Assembly: GCA_032718475.1 (NCBI GenBank)
Contig: JAUCBJ010000073.1
Span: 22,282 to 86,281 of the forward strand
Length of the DNA stretch: 64,000 nt
DNA from: Nemertoderma westbladi
Lineage: Eukaryota > Animalia > Xenacoelomorpha
Direction: 5' to 3'
The translations under genes were made by a program, and so were the position numbers. A model generated the notes under the pieces. It searched no databases. It was not told where the DNA came from and saw nothing but the letters and a program-made list of their open reading frames with translations. This document shows, in pieces, positions 24,671 through 38,934 of the stretch (its first letter is position 1; every line of letters begins with the position of its first letter).

Positions 24671-25310
24671 CTTGTTTGATTCTATTGTCGATTGTCCTTA
24701 AACTACCTTACACTTATCAAACAATAATGCCTGGCTCCAAGCCGTACTAAACTAGTTTAGAACGCTTAACCAGTCATTATTATGCCATATATGGTTTAGA
24801 GCACCTTGGCTGGCTCTTATCCATGCTAGAACAATAAAGCATACTTAAGATGTGTTCTAAAAGTTTATTGTTTCTAAATAATTATTAATTCATTTGCACG
24901 TAATGTTACAAAAGTGCTCCTTTGTTGTTATTAAATTATTATAGGGCCAGCTGATTTTGGTTGCTTTAATGTTTATTTCCTTTTTAGTTTTCGAAGAATC
25001 GTATACTACAAGTAAATACGTAAATCTGGAGCGATCGATCGTAAACATATTGCTATTGGGCTGATCCATGTGAATTAGGTACTGCAGCAACAGTCGACGA
25101 GTAAGTTTCCTATTCCGAATTAACAAGGTGGGTAGTAGATACCGCACTCATAAATACGAACAGCAAGTCGGTGGCATTCGTGGCAAAGTATCGAAAGAGA
25201 ACAATCAGCTGAGAGATTCAGATTCGAATATAGAAACACACAGTCAGACCAAGTCCTTTACTAATGGTTCTCATTCGATAATAGATTTCCACTGACCAGT
25301 CTAGCCCCAC

Positions 25311-27068
25311 ACTAAAGTTATATTGTAGGCCTACCCCACACCTAGTTACATGCAGTATAGTAGTGCTGTAAGTTATATTGAACCGCCTACCCCACACCTA
25401 GTTACATGCAGTATAGTAGTGCTGTAAGTTATATTGTACGCCTACCCCATACTTACTTACATGCAGTTTAGTTAGTACTGTAGGTTTTATTGTACGCCTA
25501 CACCACACTTACTTACATGCAGTATTAGTAGTAGTACTGTAAGTTATATTGAACCGCCTACCCCACACCTAGTTACATGCAGTGTAGTAGTGCTGTAAGT
25601 TATATTGTACGCCTACCCCATAGTTACTTACATCAGTAGTAGTAGTAGTAGTAGTAGGTTTTATTGTACGCCTACACCACACTTACTTACATGCAGTATA
25701 GTTAGTACTGTAAGTTATATTGAACCGCCTACCCCATACTTACTTACATGCAGTATAGTAAGTAGTTCTGTAAGTTGTATTGAACCGCCTACCCCATACT
25801 TACTTACATGCAGTATAGTTAGTACTGTAGGTTATATTGTACGCCTACACCACACTTACTTACATGCAGTATAGTTAGTACTGTAAGTTATATTGAACCG
25901 CATACCCCATACTTACTTACATGCAGTATATTAACTAGTACTGTAAGTTATATTGAACCGCCTACCCCATACTTACTTACATGCAGTATAGTTAGTACTG
26001 TTGGTTATATTGTACGCCTACACCACACTTAGTAACATGCAGTATAGTTAGTACTGTAAGTTATATTGAACCGCCTACCCCATACTTACTTACATGCAGT
26101 ATAGTAAGTAGTACTGTAAGTTATATTGAACCGCCTACCCCATGCTTACTTACATGCAGTATAGTAAGTAGTACTGTAAGTTATATTGTACGCCTACACC
26201 ACACTTACTTACATGCAGTATAGTAAGTAGTACTGTAAGTTATATTGTACGCCTACACCACACTTACTTACATGCAGTATAGTAAGTAGTACTGTAAGTT
26301 ATATTGAACCGCCTACCCCATACTTACTTACATGCAGTATAGTACGTAGCACTGTAAGTTATATTGTACGCCTACTCCACACTTACTTACATGCAGTATA
26401 GTAAGTAGTACTGTAAGTTATATTGAACCGCCTACCCCATACTTACTTACATGCAGTATAGTACGTAGCACTGTAAGTTATATTGTACGCCTACACCACA
26501 ATTACTTACATGCAGAATAGTAAGTAGTACTGTAAGTTATATTGTACGCCTACACCACACTTACTTACATGCAGTATAAGTACTGTAGGTTATATTGTAC
26601 GCCTACACCACACACTTACATGCAGTATAGTTAGTACTGTAAGTTATATTTAACCGCCTACCCCATACTTACTTACATGCAGTATAGTAAGTAGTACTGT
26701 AAGTTATATTGTACGCCTACACCACACTTACTTACATGCAGTATAGTAAGTAGTACTGTAAGTTATATTGTACGCCTACACCACACTTAATTAAATGCAG
26801 TATAAGTACTGTAGGTTATATTGTACGCCTACACCACACACTTACATGCAGTATAGTTAGTACTGTAAGTTATATTGAACCGCCTCCCCATACTTTACTT
26901 ACATGCAGTACAGTAAGTAGTACTGCAAGTTATATTGTACGCCTACACCACACTTACTTACATGCAGTATAGTAGGAGAACTGTAAGTTATATTGTACGC
27001 CTACACCACACTTACTTACATGCAGTATAGGTATTGTAAGTTATATTGTACGCCTACCCCACACCTAG
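25311..27068. repeat. About 55-60-bp minisatellite (CTGTAAGTTATATTGTACGCCTACACCACACTTACTTACATGCAGTATAGTAAGTAGTA)n with two alternating subtypes
   Basis: Directly visible; GAACCGCCTACCCCATAC and GTACGCCTACACCACAC variants alternate. Confidence 0.95.
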
Positions 27069-27089
27069 GTTGGATAAATATTTCTCCAT

Positions 27090-29240
27090 TTGACGCAACA
27101 CCGCCGCGGCCGCTATGAGGGAGGTGAATACCGCGGCCGCTCCTAAAGCCGCTATCACTATATAGATCACTATATAGGTTAACTTGGGATTCTGGGGGAC
27201 TTTTCGATGAAGGAACTGACCAAATTTTTTTATTTTCTCACCAGGGGAGCGGCTCGGAATTCTAAGATATTAGCAACTCTAACATTATTAAATCTAACCC
27301 TTCGACGGACACGGCGGACAAAACACCGTCGTTTTTTCGACAATTTTAAAATTTTTTTGAAAGGCGCTCTACAGTGGCTCGAAAAAACCCTAGGTTATTG
27401 CTTAGCCGACGCCGGGATACGATAGAAGGGATTAATTAGTGAATTCGTTTTTTTTTTCAAAAAAGATTACCACGCCTTTTTTCCGAAAATGTCCGTCAAA
27501 GTTGAAAAAACGGACAAAATGACTTTGCGGGATCCGCTATAACTCGGCTAATATTAATCGTACGGGGACGAAAGTAACGCGGTTGGAAAGGGGAAGAGTG
27601 GTACTACCTTCGTATCGAGTGGGGGTAAGATATTTATTAAAATTTCGGGTGGAAAAAGGGGCTGTAAATTTGTACGTTTTTGTCCGTCTTTTTTGGAAAA
27701 CTTATTTCCGAAATGTTTAATGTGACAACGCGGGTAGGAATCAACTAATTCTTTTATGAAACTCGTAGAAGACCATTGGGGCTACGTTCCTATCGAATGG
27801 GGGTACAAAAAATATGTCGGCAATAGGGGCCAAAAAGGGCCAGAATTTGTAAAGTAGTTTTTATCGAATAATTTTTTATTTTTAACTTTAGTTGGTTAAG
27901 GTACATTCTATACAGTCAATATCCATACGGGGAATTCAAATATGCTATCGGTTTTGCTCCAAGGATGATATTAAAAAAATGAGGGCCAAAATTATAATTT
28001 CGCGCTTCAAACTCGCTTCGCGGGAAATCGTCTCGCTCGAAAACTACTTAACTTACGGGAGATTTGTTTACACAGAATTATAGTGCGTTAAATTATCTAT
28101 CTAACAGCGTTAATCACAGCGCCGGAGGTATTATAAAACTGGAGCAGCAGGCGATTGTGTGAAATATAATATTTATAAAAAGGGACGAAAAAATGTTTTT
28201 TTAACAAATCGCTATTCCATTATAATTTAACGTATTGCGCCAAAAGTACCTGTAAAAAGTATCAAATTAACTCCGCTATCTTTTATCTTAACATATATAA
28301 TTAAAATTACGAATTTTAAGGGTCGAAAAATATCGCGTTACTTTGGCCCTTTTTTTTAATTTTTTTGGGGCCAAAAATAACCCCTTCTCAAAAGATGAAG
28401 AAAAAAATTACGGCAAAGAATATACCAATTTTATTGAATTTGGACCACCAGAACCGAAGTTAGAGCGATTTTAGTGAAAAAATAAAAATAATTTTTTTTG
28501 CAAAAAAATTAAGAATGGTCAGGTCAATATTGGATTTCGAACCCGCGAACTTAGGTTTCATTTACGTGATTGATAACCACTAGACTATGTGACCAAGAGA
28601 ATTTGAAATTTTCGAGTGACTATTTTTAAACATCAATAACTTCGGTTCTACTGGGCCGTTTGATCTGAAACTTTTTTCATTGGATAGAGGATAGATTGTA
28701 GTGTGTGAAATAGGATACAACTTGGGAAAATATTTATGTGCACTTAGTGCAAAATGCACTTAAATAGTGAACATTTTTTCGATATTTCAAACACTATTAT
28801 TTCCAGTTCTATTCATCGTAGAATGTTATTTTTTGGATTAAAATGTAGTTTGGAATGATTTCTAACTATAATCGTAACATTTGTTTAACTTTTTATGTCT
28901 ATAAAGTGACTTAAAATGTCCATGAATATGGTCCAAAATCGCAAATCCAGATTTATTAAATTGGATTTTTGACACTTTTAGCGACTGACACTTGATCATA
29001 CACCATCGTAGATCGGTAGAGGATAAACATAAGTTTGTTAAATAAGAGCCACCATTACGATCTGCTAAAGTGCATTTATACAAATAAGTGTGCAAAAGTG
29101 CAATTTTTTTAATAAGTTCAAATTATATAGTATTGGGTTATTTCTTTGCAGATACTTTATTTTCATATTAATATGTTGTTTGAACCTTACTGAGCGCATT
29201 AGGGGATATGCGTACAAATAACCGGCCCTTATGAGGCTTC
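27090..29240. mobile_element. Probable non-autonomous DNA-transposon remnant (ends not resolved)
   Basis: Homopolymer-rich non-coding block with recurring motifs (TATCGAGTGGGGGTA / TATCGAATGGGGGTA, AATAACTTCGGTTCT); no convincing TIR or TSD found. Confidence 0.35.
28522..28594 (-). pseudogene. Degenerate tRNA-like sequence (tRNA pseudogene or SINE head)
   Basis: Minus strand GGTCACATAGTCTAGTGGTTATC...GCGGGTTCGAAATCCAATATTGACC: 73 nt, with A-box and B-box and GGTCA/TGACC acceptor-stem pairing. The anticodon arm does not fold convincingly. Confidence 0.5.
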
Positions 29241-30527
29241 GATTGGGTAAATTAATAAAACATAAGGTTGTATAGTATAATATTCTAAAAACCAGTGTGA
29301 TATTAAATGCACTTTAAATAATAAATAGAAATCAAATAACAATTGGACCACACAATTATAAACTCGCACAATTTTGTACTTATTATATCGCTTCAAATTA
29401 ATTCAACAGTGGATATTTGGGGGAAGGGGGAAGTTACAGTGTGCATTCGGGGGAAGTTTGGTGAACTGCATTTATGCAGTGAATCCAAACTTCCCCCTTT
29501 GATATATCATATACTTAAGACATGCTAGGGTGACGGGGAAATATTTGTTACTGTCACACTTTCCTTCCATTTATCCTATCCTTTATTATTACCCCAGTCA
29601 GATAAGAGATAATAAATCAGTAAAAACTAAACTAAACTGTCTTTCATGCAAACAAATGGGTGAATGACCATGACCATGGAAATAATTTTAAATATAATTG
29701 TATATCAACTATTTGGGGAGGCTTCCAAGTTAAACCCGAAAACAATTATTTTGTTACATAGTAAATAACGTTGTATGTTCTTCTTCCTCTCATAATAAAA
29801 TATAAATGAAATATCTCAGATAGCTATGCCCTGTAACATTTCACAACCAAAATATTTAAGTGTGAAAAGTGTAGGCCTACCACACCACGCCCAAACAACC
29901 GCAAACGCATAGCCAACAAATTTAACAAAAGGTTACATACATGTTGGGTTCATGACGAGATGAGTGAAAATTGATCGCGTAATATAAAGTAAAAAATTAA
30001 GAGACGGGCTGGCTCTCCTCCACTTTCTTACCCAATGGATATGTTGTTGTAATAATCTAATATTGGGGCGGCTTTCTCTCGTTACATACAGTATAGTAGG
30101 TAATTCCTGTAATAGGGGTTGTGTTGTTTCAAGGTAATTATTAGCATGTGTACAGTTTGTCTGATTATTTCGTATTTCGTCTAATGGTTGATCATGGTGG
30201 GCTTTTTAGTATACATTTTCAGTAAATTCGTTTATTTCAGTTTGACATGGCCGTTTGACATGGCCGTTTATTACGTTTTTACATGACATTTTTAAATTAA
30301 AGTGTAAATTTTGACATGTAGGACTATGACATTTTGACATATTTGATAAGACATTTTGAGATGTTGGGTATGATATTTTGACCTTTATGACATGGTGGTA
30401 TTTATTCGTTTGGCCAAAATTTCGTCGTGTACTTGATTTTAACATGTAATTTTTAACCTATGAAGTTTTGCATGTATGATATTTGATACATGTTGTCTAT
30501 GATATTTTGACAGGTAAAATAATGTCA

Positions 30528-31129
30528 AAATCACCAGCCGATCGCCTCAATGGTTGGAAGGCCCACTTTGAAAATCTCCTCAATAATGACAGGTTATTGC
30601 ACTCCCAGATATTCCTATAGGCGTGGGCAGCATTGAATTGGGCTTTTCAGGATTTGGAAGTCACACAGAATTCATCGGAAACTTAAGGTCCGATTATTTA
30701 GGGCAGCAGTAGTTCCAGTTCTCCTCTATGGGAGTCCATGCTGGGCTCTAACTGCTGAGGACACCATATCTCTGGATGGCACATTCACAAGAATGCTACG
30801 CCGGGTTCATTGTGTCAAGTACAATGCACACATCTCCAACCAGACACTATATAACATTGGAGGTGTCTCATTGGTTCCACTAAGCAAGACACTAGAACAT
30901 TGCCGCCTCCACTTTGCAACATTGCTTTCGCCATGAGGACCAGCCAGTGCATAATCTTGTACTTTGGCAGCCTCATGGAATGAATAAGCATGGTGGACAG
31001 GCCATGACTTTCATGAGACGCATCTTAAAGGACACTGGCCTTGAAGATGCGGATGATCTAGCAAATGTCATGGGTGATAGGGAGTTGTGGCGGCGCAATT
31101 TTGTCGACAAGCCGGCACAGCATTCTTAA
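30528..31129 (+). mobile_element. RTE-group LINE 3' fragment (internally deleted, frameshifted)
   Basis: Translates to WKAHFENLLN, then LKVRLFRAAVVPVLLYGSPCWALT...LDGTFTRMLRRV...HCFRHEDQP...LVLWQP...MGDRELWR, typical of the region C-terminal to RTE reverse transcriptases. Confidence 0.85.
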
Positions 31130-31281
31130 TATGTATATAATGTAACTGCAATGCAGCATGCCTATCCTAGTACAGTAGTAGTAGGTTGAAAGTGCGTGAA
31201 GTCCCGTTTAATGATTGCAAGAGTCTAGTCTAGTATTATCCTGTTAACATTTATGTTCTCGACGTACGGACTACAAAACCG

Positions 31282-31453
31282 TGAACTTATATTTATTTTT
31301 CGTAAGGAACTGAACATTTATTTTTCCTAAGGAACTGAACATTTATTTTTCCTAAGGAACTGAACATTTATTTTTCCTAAGGAACTGAACATTTATTTTT
31401 CCTAAGGAACTGAACATTTATTTTTCCTAAGGAACTAAACATTTATTTTTCCC
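31282..31453. repeat. 25-bp tandem repeat (TAAGGAACTGAACATTTATTTTTCC)n, 6-7 units
   Basis: Directly visible. Confidence 0.9.
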
Positions 31454-33220
31454 AATTATTTGCTTAACATCAACTACTAATTATTGTATCTATGGTATGA
31501 TTGCAGTTATTTTGAGGGTGTGTACGTCTACGCATAGGTGGTGTCACGTCTTGTTATCGTAACATATTGCAATGTGTTAATTTTAAAATAAAATTTAACC
31601 TACATATATTTCATTATTGTGTATAAACAATTTTACACTCAATAATGTATCTAATTATATTCATTTTGTTATATTTGTTACAATTAGAGCTAATCTTTGC
31701 ATACATGTTGGTTTCGTATTATATACTATTATGACTCATCTAAGGTATTGTGACCCAACCCTCTTTGGGACGTGTTGTGTGCAAGTTCTGTTCACTGCTC
31801 TAAGATTACTGGATTACTTAATATATATAACAATCAACAATATTAACAGTACTTATTGGTGTGCATTAATAAGACTTCATTAATTGAGAAATCCATGTCT
31901 CTGTATTATTCTACCCAGTAGCCACCCACCCATGTATATAATAAAATAATCCACTTGCCAAGAAAGACAATAAAGCGCATAGTTTATAAGAAAGGCGTGC
32001 TATTGACAATTATAGGCTTAATTCATTTCTTGAGTTTTATTTTGGCAACTGTGCACCATGTTTTTTATTATGCCTACATCTTTTTAAGATGAGATTAATT
32101 CAAAGAAAGTCGATATAAGAATTTAGGGGGTAATTTACTTGGCAGGAAACAATAAACTTCCATACTATTTCTTTACTAATAGCATAATTTGCAAACTTTC
32201 TTAAACACACAGAGCGGTTGCATTATCAGTATTTAATAGTGTCGATTAAGGAAAATGTCATTAATTGTGAATCAGGTGATGATAAAAATGTACAAAATGT
32301 AATAAAATAACAACAATGTATACGAATACGGCCTTTAAAAATATTTTGAAAAACTAATTTAAATTATCTTTTTATGCGATGTCAAACAAATACTGCAAAC
32401 TCCATTTACCTCATTTGCGTAAGCCAGAGTTTACTCTGGCTGTGACACATAAAGCCAATAAGTAAGTTGAATTTCTTGACCATGTGATCGAACAAAAGGT
32501 TATTAAATACGTCGGCAGGTTTGCAGCTCCAGAAGCCGCCAGAAACCCTATCGGACTTTAAAATCTCCTGCTGCCATTGTTCGAATATACCGAGAATAAA
32601 AGGCTGCCCGGGGCGGGGCAGCCTTTCTTAACTCAGAAAGTCGCCCTTTGAACAACATAGAGACCTTTCATCAACTAGAACCCTACTTTCTCTCTGCATT
32701 TGTGAACGCGACGTAGTAAACCTACACGAAAGGAAGCGGCGACTATGATACATACCGCTAACCAGTAGGATTTAGGCCTACTATGATACATACCGCTAAC
32801 CAGTAGGATTTAGGCCTACTATGAGAACCACAGGCCCCAACGAGCTAGTATTTCCTCGTTGACCCGGTAAACTGTGCCCTAATTCGAATGGGCCCTGTTG
32901 ACGAATATTTCAACTCTTTCTACGTAGGAAAGCCATTGTGTGAGTATATAGGGTCGCCAATGGGGCCTTTACTCTAATTGATAATTAAAAGCGAGTTTTT
33001 GCAAATGGAATTTCAGCCCCCGTGTCCCTTCCATTTAAATCCTAACCCGAAGGTCTTAAGATATATTATTTTGTATTCAAGGAATGTAGATTATAAATCT
33101 CGGCGCGCAACCCTTAATACGAAAATAACGCATTCCATTTGCATTATAGAGGGGTTGGAATTACTTCGGAATGCAGCCAATAAGAAAGGGCCCCATTCCA
33201 CCTACAATCCTAATTGTTTT

Positions 33221-35975
33221 GTGGGGCGAGCCACGAAGTGAGTGAGCCTTAGCGTAGTGGTACCATTAATCAACCTGTCGTTCTGTCGTTCTGTCGTTCT
33301 GTCGTTCTGTCGTTCTGTCGTGTTCAATTTTAAACGTTAATAACTCGGCCAATCTTTGATGAAATCTATCCAAACTTGGTACACATGTTGTATGGCAAAA
33401 GTTTAGAAATTTTCCAAGTAGAATTTCCGTGTGGCCTTCGAGAAGCTAAGATAATAGCAGTTAATTAGTTAATTAAGTTGATTACGGTAAAAACACCATT
33501 TTCAACCTGCCTTTTAAAGGAAATTAATTGTTTTACAGTATAAGACTTCAATAATTATACTTAAAAAATATACAGATGTAATCCGCATACTCCATTCTAT
33601 TATAGTTTTTAATTAGTTCAAGTGATTTGCTTTAATAATCGTGTCTTTAATTGATCTAAAGTAATTAAACCGGCATAAAAAATGTATTCTCATTAAATAC
33701 TGCTCATTTATTGGTTAACATCCAAGTTGGCTTGATTCCCAGCAACACTTGAGGTATTCAGTCAGCCTTGCTTGTAAGAGGCAGACTGCTGCTGCTGCTA
33801 GTAGCCATCCATTCACTCACTCTCCATTGAACTGGCTGATTGGAGGTGTGTGTGTATCGGGTTCAATGACATTAATATTATTACTAAAGTAACGTCGGGA
33901 TGTTAATATTCACTGGAGCTATGAGTCTCTCTGGTTAGTTGAATGAATGAAATAAATAATTGTTTTACTGTTCCGAATATCAATGTTTATTTCTGTAGGC
34001 CAACTTACTGTATTATTATTTAATCTAAATGTACATAATAGTTTAAATAAATTATTTCACAATTTCATTCCAATTCATACTGCTTACGCAACCATGCTAA
34101 TTAGGTATATTAAATGGCAGGATTGTTTTTAATTAAAATTTTTACAGAGCAAACAAGTATATTGTATTTAACTGAAAGTTAATTTATTTCGGTAAGTAGG
34201 CCTTGCGGTTTGTTAGTTTAGTTAGTATAATAAGTATCAAATATATTACGTGCTGCTGTACAGTAAACGCGGCTTTGCGTTATTGAATTACAGAATTGGC
34301 GGTACAAAGTACATTAATAGGGATCAGGCATATTGCATTTATATAATTGTTGTTGTAAATGTACAATAATATGCGCCACTAGTTTATTTTAGTAACTGCA
34401 ATGTGTATTTCATTTGTACCTGCAACCCATTAAAAAGGGCATCTGAACATATCGCGGACAGGCTGACTATTCACCATAACAAAAAAACCCAAATCGCCGC
34501 AGTTCCACTTACAGTTCCATATTATTCTGTTTTGCAATTCAACCCAATTTATCTGCTCTCTGCTACACGCGGTTTTATCCACGAGTTTTGTAAAGTCCCG
34601 ACTTATCGGGAATGACATGAACTTAGCGTCCGGAATATTCTGATCAGATTAAATCTACTTGGCGCTGTAATACTGCATCCCGTTGTACCAGAAGTTATTA
34701 AAACATACCGGCTGTTCAGCTAGTCTCAACTCCTAAATCTCTAAATCACTGCACGACTACTGTCTTCTGAGGAATTTATTTGGAACGTCGTTTTAGTGTT
34801 CGTGTGTCGCTGTTTGTTTAGGATTAATTTCGTTTATCTTTAACTTGCTACGTATATGGTCAACCGGGTTTATGTAACCTATGCTTCAACATGTAAAATT
34901 ATATACGATAGACAGACATATAAACACTAGCTATAAAGCAATATACTAAACATATATATGGTGCGCACGATGACCTACATCCAGTAGGCCATGGCGCGCA
35001 CATAGACACATCTGGCTATGATGGAGGTTCTGAGATTTTTCACAACCCTCGATTGCAACCTACATTTACAAAAATATAGTTATTGTGAACGATGTGACGC
35101 CATTGTAAGGTTTATTATGATTTATTATAAGTGTACAATTCATGATTTATTATGAGTGGTGTAAAACTTTGTGACACTGTAATTTTTGTGTGATGGAATC
35201 CGTGCAATGTTAAACTCTGAAATAGTCAGAATTGGAATTATCGAACCTAGAAAACTGAAATACTGTGTACTTCAAGATTTCAAGATTAAGAGACAGAATA
35301 CTCAGAAAGCATGAATGTTCAAGATCAGGCAACGCGTTCATGGGGCCTCCGCGCGACACGAGACTGCATACGTACCAAGTTTGGTATAATTTCATCAATG
35401 ATTGACCGCTACTAACTAGGGCTCTTTGAATTACGTATGACAATTTGTAGTTTTACAATACTCGTGTCCTTCATTAGCCTCGTTACGCTCGTCCTGTTTT
35501 GTCAGAAAATATTTTTCATAAACGCAGACTGACGACCTTTATAACTATGCAAAGTCTCGAAACTGTGCGAGTAACTGCTGATTTATGGCAGATGGATACT
35601 CGAATCCACCCCAAAACTCGTTGCGTTCGTACTGTACAACCTGGTCACCAAATATATACCTTACAACATTCCATTATCAGTACTAATCAAAATTATATAT
35701 CATCCAATATACTAAACCATGTGGTTGACGAGTAGTGAAAACAATAATCCCTATTGAGGATTATAGTCAACACAGACTCGTCTTCATTACAACCGTCGTT
35801 GCACTCGTCCTGTACATCTGGTCACCAAAATAAATAAAATAAAACATTCCACCAACGGTACTGATCAAATTGACATATCGTCCAATATGCTAAACAAGGT
35901 TATTTACGAGAATAGTCAACACTATATTAGATTCCTTCGTTACCCTCGTTGCGCTCGTCCTGAAGGCACCACAGA
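33221..35975 (+). mobile_element. Long Helentron-associated-like element (about 2.75 kb) with microsatellite and 3' tandem repeats
   Basis: TT|GTGGGGCGAGCCACGAAGT start; (CTGTCGTT)n at about 33275-33320; CCAAACTTGGTAC motif at about 33370 with an inverted copy at about 35370-35410; ~150-165-bp repeats at 35470-35960; ends GAAGGCACCAC. Confidence 0.55.
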
Positions 35976-37500
35976 ATTTCTTTTTGGAAAATTTCTAGAA
36001 AAAACCTCGTTAAAAGACTTAGTTGTCGTGTGATTTATCCTACAGCCGACCACCACGTAGGCCTACTAGGCCTACTGTACATACCGGCTGCAGCATGCAA
36101 TAGACTGAAACAAGAACATTGATACTGCAGGGCTGTAGCATGGATTGTATGATGCTCTTAAAATCTTATATACTTTCAGTTTATCAATTTGGTATGGTAT
36201 TACAACCAATCAGACAGTTTTACATAGATTACAGTACACCAAATAAGATTAGCCTGTCTGATTGATGTCTACCCAATGTATTCCTATTGTACTCTGTGTG
36301 ACTGGAGACTGGGCCATGGTGTTCTTTAGTACAGAACGCCATGATCTGGGCTCACGTTTTTGCCATTGCGCTACTACTTCTGCCAGTATACATGCATACA
36401 TGTGTACTCTCTACTTCACGTTTTGATTAGTATGCAGATTATAAGGGTAAATATTAATATTGTTGTATCCACGCAACTCAACCCACGCGTAGGTCAAGGT
36501 GAAGGTGACACCGTCAGCTCTATATCTGTCGCTCTAAGATATCCCATACATTATACGCACGCATGTGCGCTTACAGTAAGTGTCGTCGTGGAATAATATA
36601 ATAGTTTCGCACGTTTTATTTTTTCCTTTGGTAGGGTACTAATGATAAAACAAAACATGATTTAATCTACTTTCTACCAGCATGAATACAATCTCTCTTA
36701 GGTCTTTAGAATTGGTGAATTTTCCCATGATATCACGATTCACGATTAGGCAGATAGTTAGCAATTGCCTTAAAAATAACACTAGTAACTTAATTTCATT
36801 ATTGCACTACAGACTACAATACTCATGTACAATACTCAGGTCTCTGATCTCTAAGAGTATGGCGTTCACCACAAAACGGCACTTAAACTTTCATTCCACT
36901 AACCAACAAAAATTGTAGGAAAGGAATGGAAAGTAGATTACTTGAAGCTTGTTGCCAAACTTCCTTGCCAACTGTAGTACTATTAGTCGAATCACAACCC
37001 AGTTAGGCATGGGCAGGCAACGTGTTCTAAGGGGTGTGCAAGCTCTCTATCACACAGGTGCACTTACATTGTAGTTCTATTTGAGGCCTCGGACCTACTC
37101 TCTGATTGGCTGATCTGTTCTGGTGTGCCATTCCTGTCCCTCTTATTTCCTTATTTATTAAGAAATCGTAATCAATCGAATTCAGTGAACATCTCTGATA
37201 ACTTGCCAACATTCCTTTTTACTTGTTCAGTATTGAACTCATATTTATTATTCATGTCATTGCGTAGCTTTGCTTTTTAGTCTATTTTGGTGGCAGTGAA
37301 CTACGGAATTGGACAACGATTAGCAATTATTCCTGGAATAGAAGATTATTTGGTAAGTAGTACCTTCCATCGCCCTCATATACCTAATCGCTTTATAATG
37401 CGTATTCCTACAATTACTAACTCATCATTATTTAACAACAACTATTGTTTGCATGTACTGTAGATATATTTTTTATATAATAGTAGCCAACTTTATAATA

Positions 37501-37745
37501 TTTTATTAAGAACCCCCGGGTGAATTAATTTCCGAGTACTGTATCAGACAATATACCGGTAAATATAATATAGTAATACATTCAATTATATTAAAGTAAA
37601 CTGTTTAAAAAAATATATAGAATATTTTATTAAGAACCCCCCGGGTGAATTAATTTCCGAGTACTGTATCAGACAATATACCGGTAAATATAATATAGTA
37701 ATACATTCAATTATATTAAAGTAAACTGTTTAAAGAAATATATAG
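37501..37745. repeat. About 124-bp tandem duplication
   Basis: TTTTATTAAGAACCCCCGGGTGAATT...GTAAACTGTTTAAA occurs at 37501 and 37625. Confidence 0.9.
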
Positions 37746-38016
37746 GATATTTCAAAATATATCCTAATTACGGGATATATTTGGAAGAGCATCTGGAATT
37801 CTGTATCAGTATTTTACAAAGGTAATTAATTGAATTTATCAGATAGTGACGCAGATTGACCGCAAGTAAAAAATTTATCTCCAGCGCAAATTTGGTCGCT
37901 TATGAAATAGAGTTTTATTATTTATATTAAGTTGAAATAAAGTATTGTTCAGTTCAATTTAAAAAAAATACTTTGGTTAATTATTAAATTAAATTAAGTT
38001 TTTAAACGTTTAGACT

Positions 38017-38934
38017 AAACACAAACACCTGAAATATTGTGTCGTTATTCTGGTACATGACCCCCCCCCCCCCCCCCCCCTCAAATTGTTCTACAAATCT
38101 TAATGAGATTGCATGAAATTTGAAACAGAGATAGTCTCACCTCCCGACCACTGACTGGGTGAGCCAGCATTTTTATTTTTGCTTTCAATCTTTAGCTACA
38201 AGCGTTTAAAAAAGGTATCGCAGTCGATATTGCACCAGTTACACCGCAGTTATTCTTCAACCTTATAGTGATTTGTTGCTACTGTTAGTAAGCTGGACGT
38301 ACAAGGATTCCAAAAATGTAACACAATCAGAATTTCGTGGAAAAATCGCTGAGATATGAGCGTTCTAATGTTGCATGGTTATGCACTTTGCAAGGCTATT
38401 TTATTCTATTTAATAAATGCACAATATTCTGGAACATTTTGTTTATCACCTACGTAGCTGGGCAACAATTCAATACCTCTTTTATTATACTATTACGTAG
38501 ATACTCACATTCACAAACAAAATGTTCCAGAATATGTTGTATTTATTAAATAGAATAAAATATCCTTGCCCAGGTGTAAAACCATGCTACTTTTAAACCT
38601 ATATCTCAGCTATTTTACGACGAAATTCTGATTGTGTTATATATTTGGGAATTCTTGCACGGCCAGCTTTCTAAAGTTCACAACAAATCACTATAAAGTT
38701 AAAGTTGAATAATAACTGCAGTACGACGGGTGCAATATCGACGGAGCCACCTTTTTTAAACGCTTGTAGCTAAAGAATGAAAGCAAAAGAATAATTCTGG
38801 CTCGCCCAGTCAGTGGTCGGCAATTGAAACTATCCCTGTTTCAAATTCCATGTAATTTAATTAAGATTTGTAGAACAATCGGGGGGGGGGGGGATGTATA
38901 TGAATAACGACACTATATTCCAGGACATGGTGTA
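38017..38934. mobile_element. Foldback/palindromic MITE (about 920 bp, arms about 400 bp)
   Basis: Poly-C at about 38060 mirrors poly-G at about 38881; CCGACCACTGACTGGGTGAGCCAG mirrors CTGGCTCGCCCAGTCAGTGGTCGG; GATATTGCACC mirrors GGTGCAATATC. The right terminus matches the 18.1-18.7 kb element. Confidence 0.85.

Noticed and set aside
30200-30520. Recurring TTTGACATG motifs
   Set aside because: Degenerate low-complexity repeat with no definable unit or termini.
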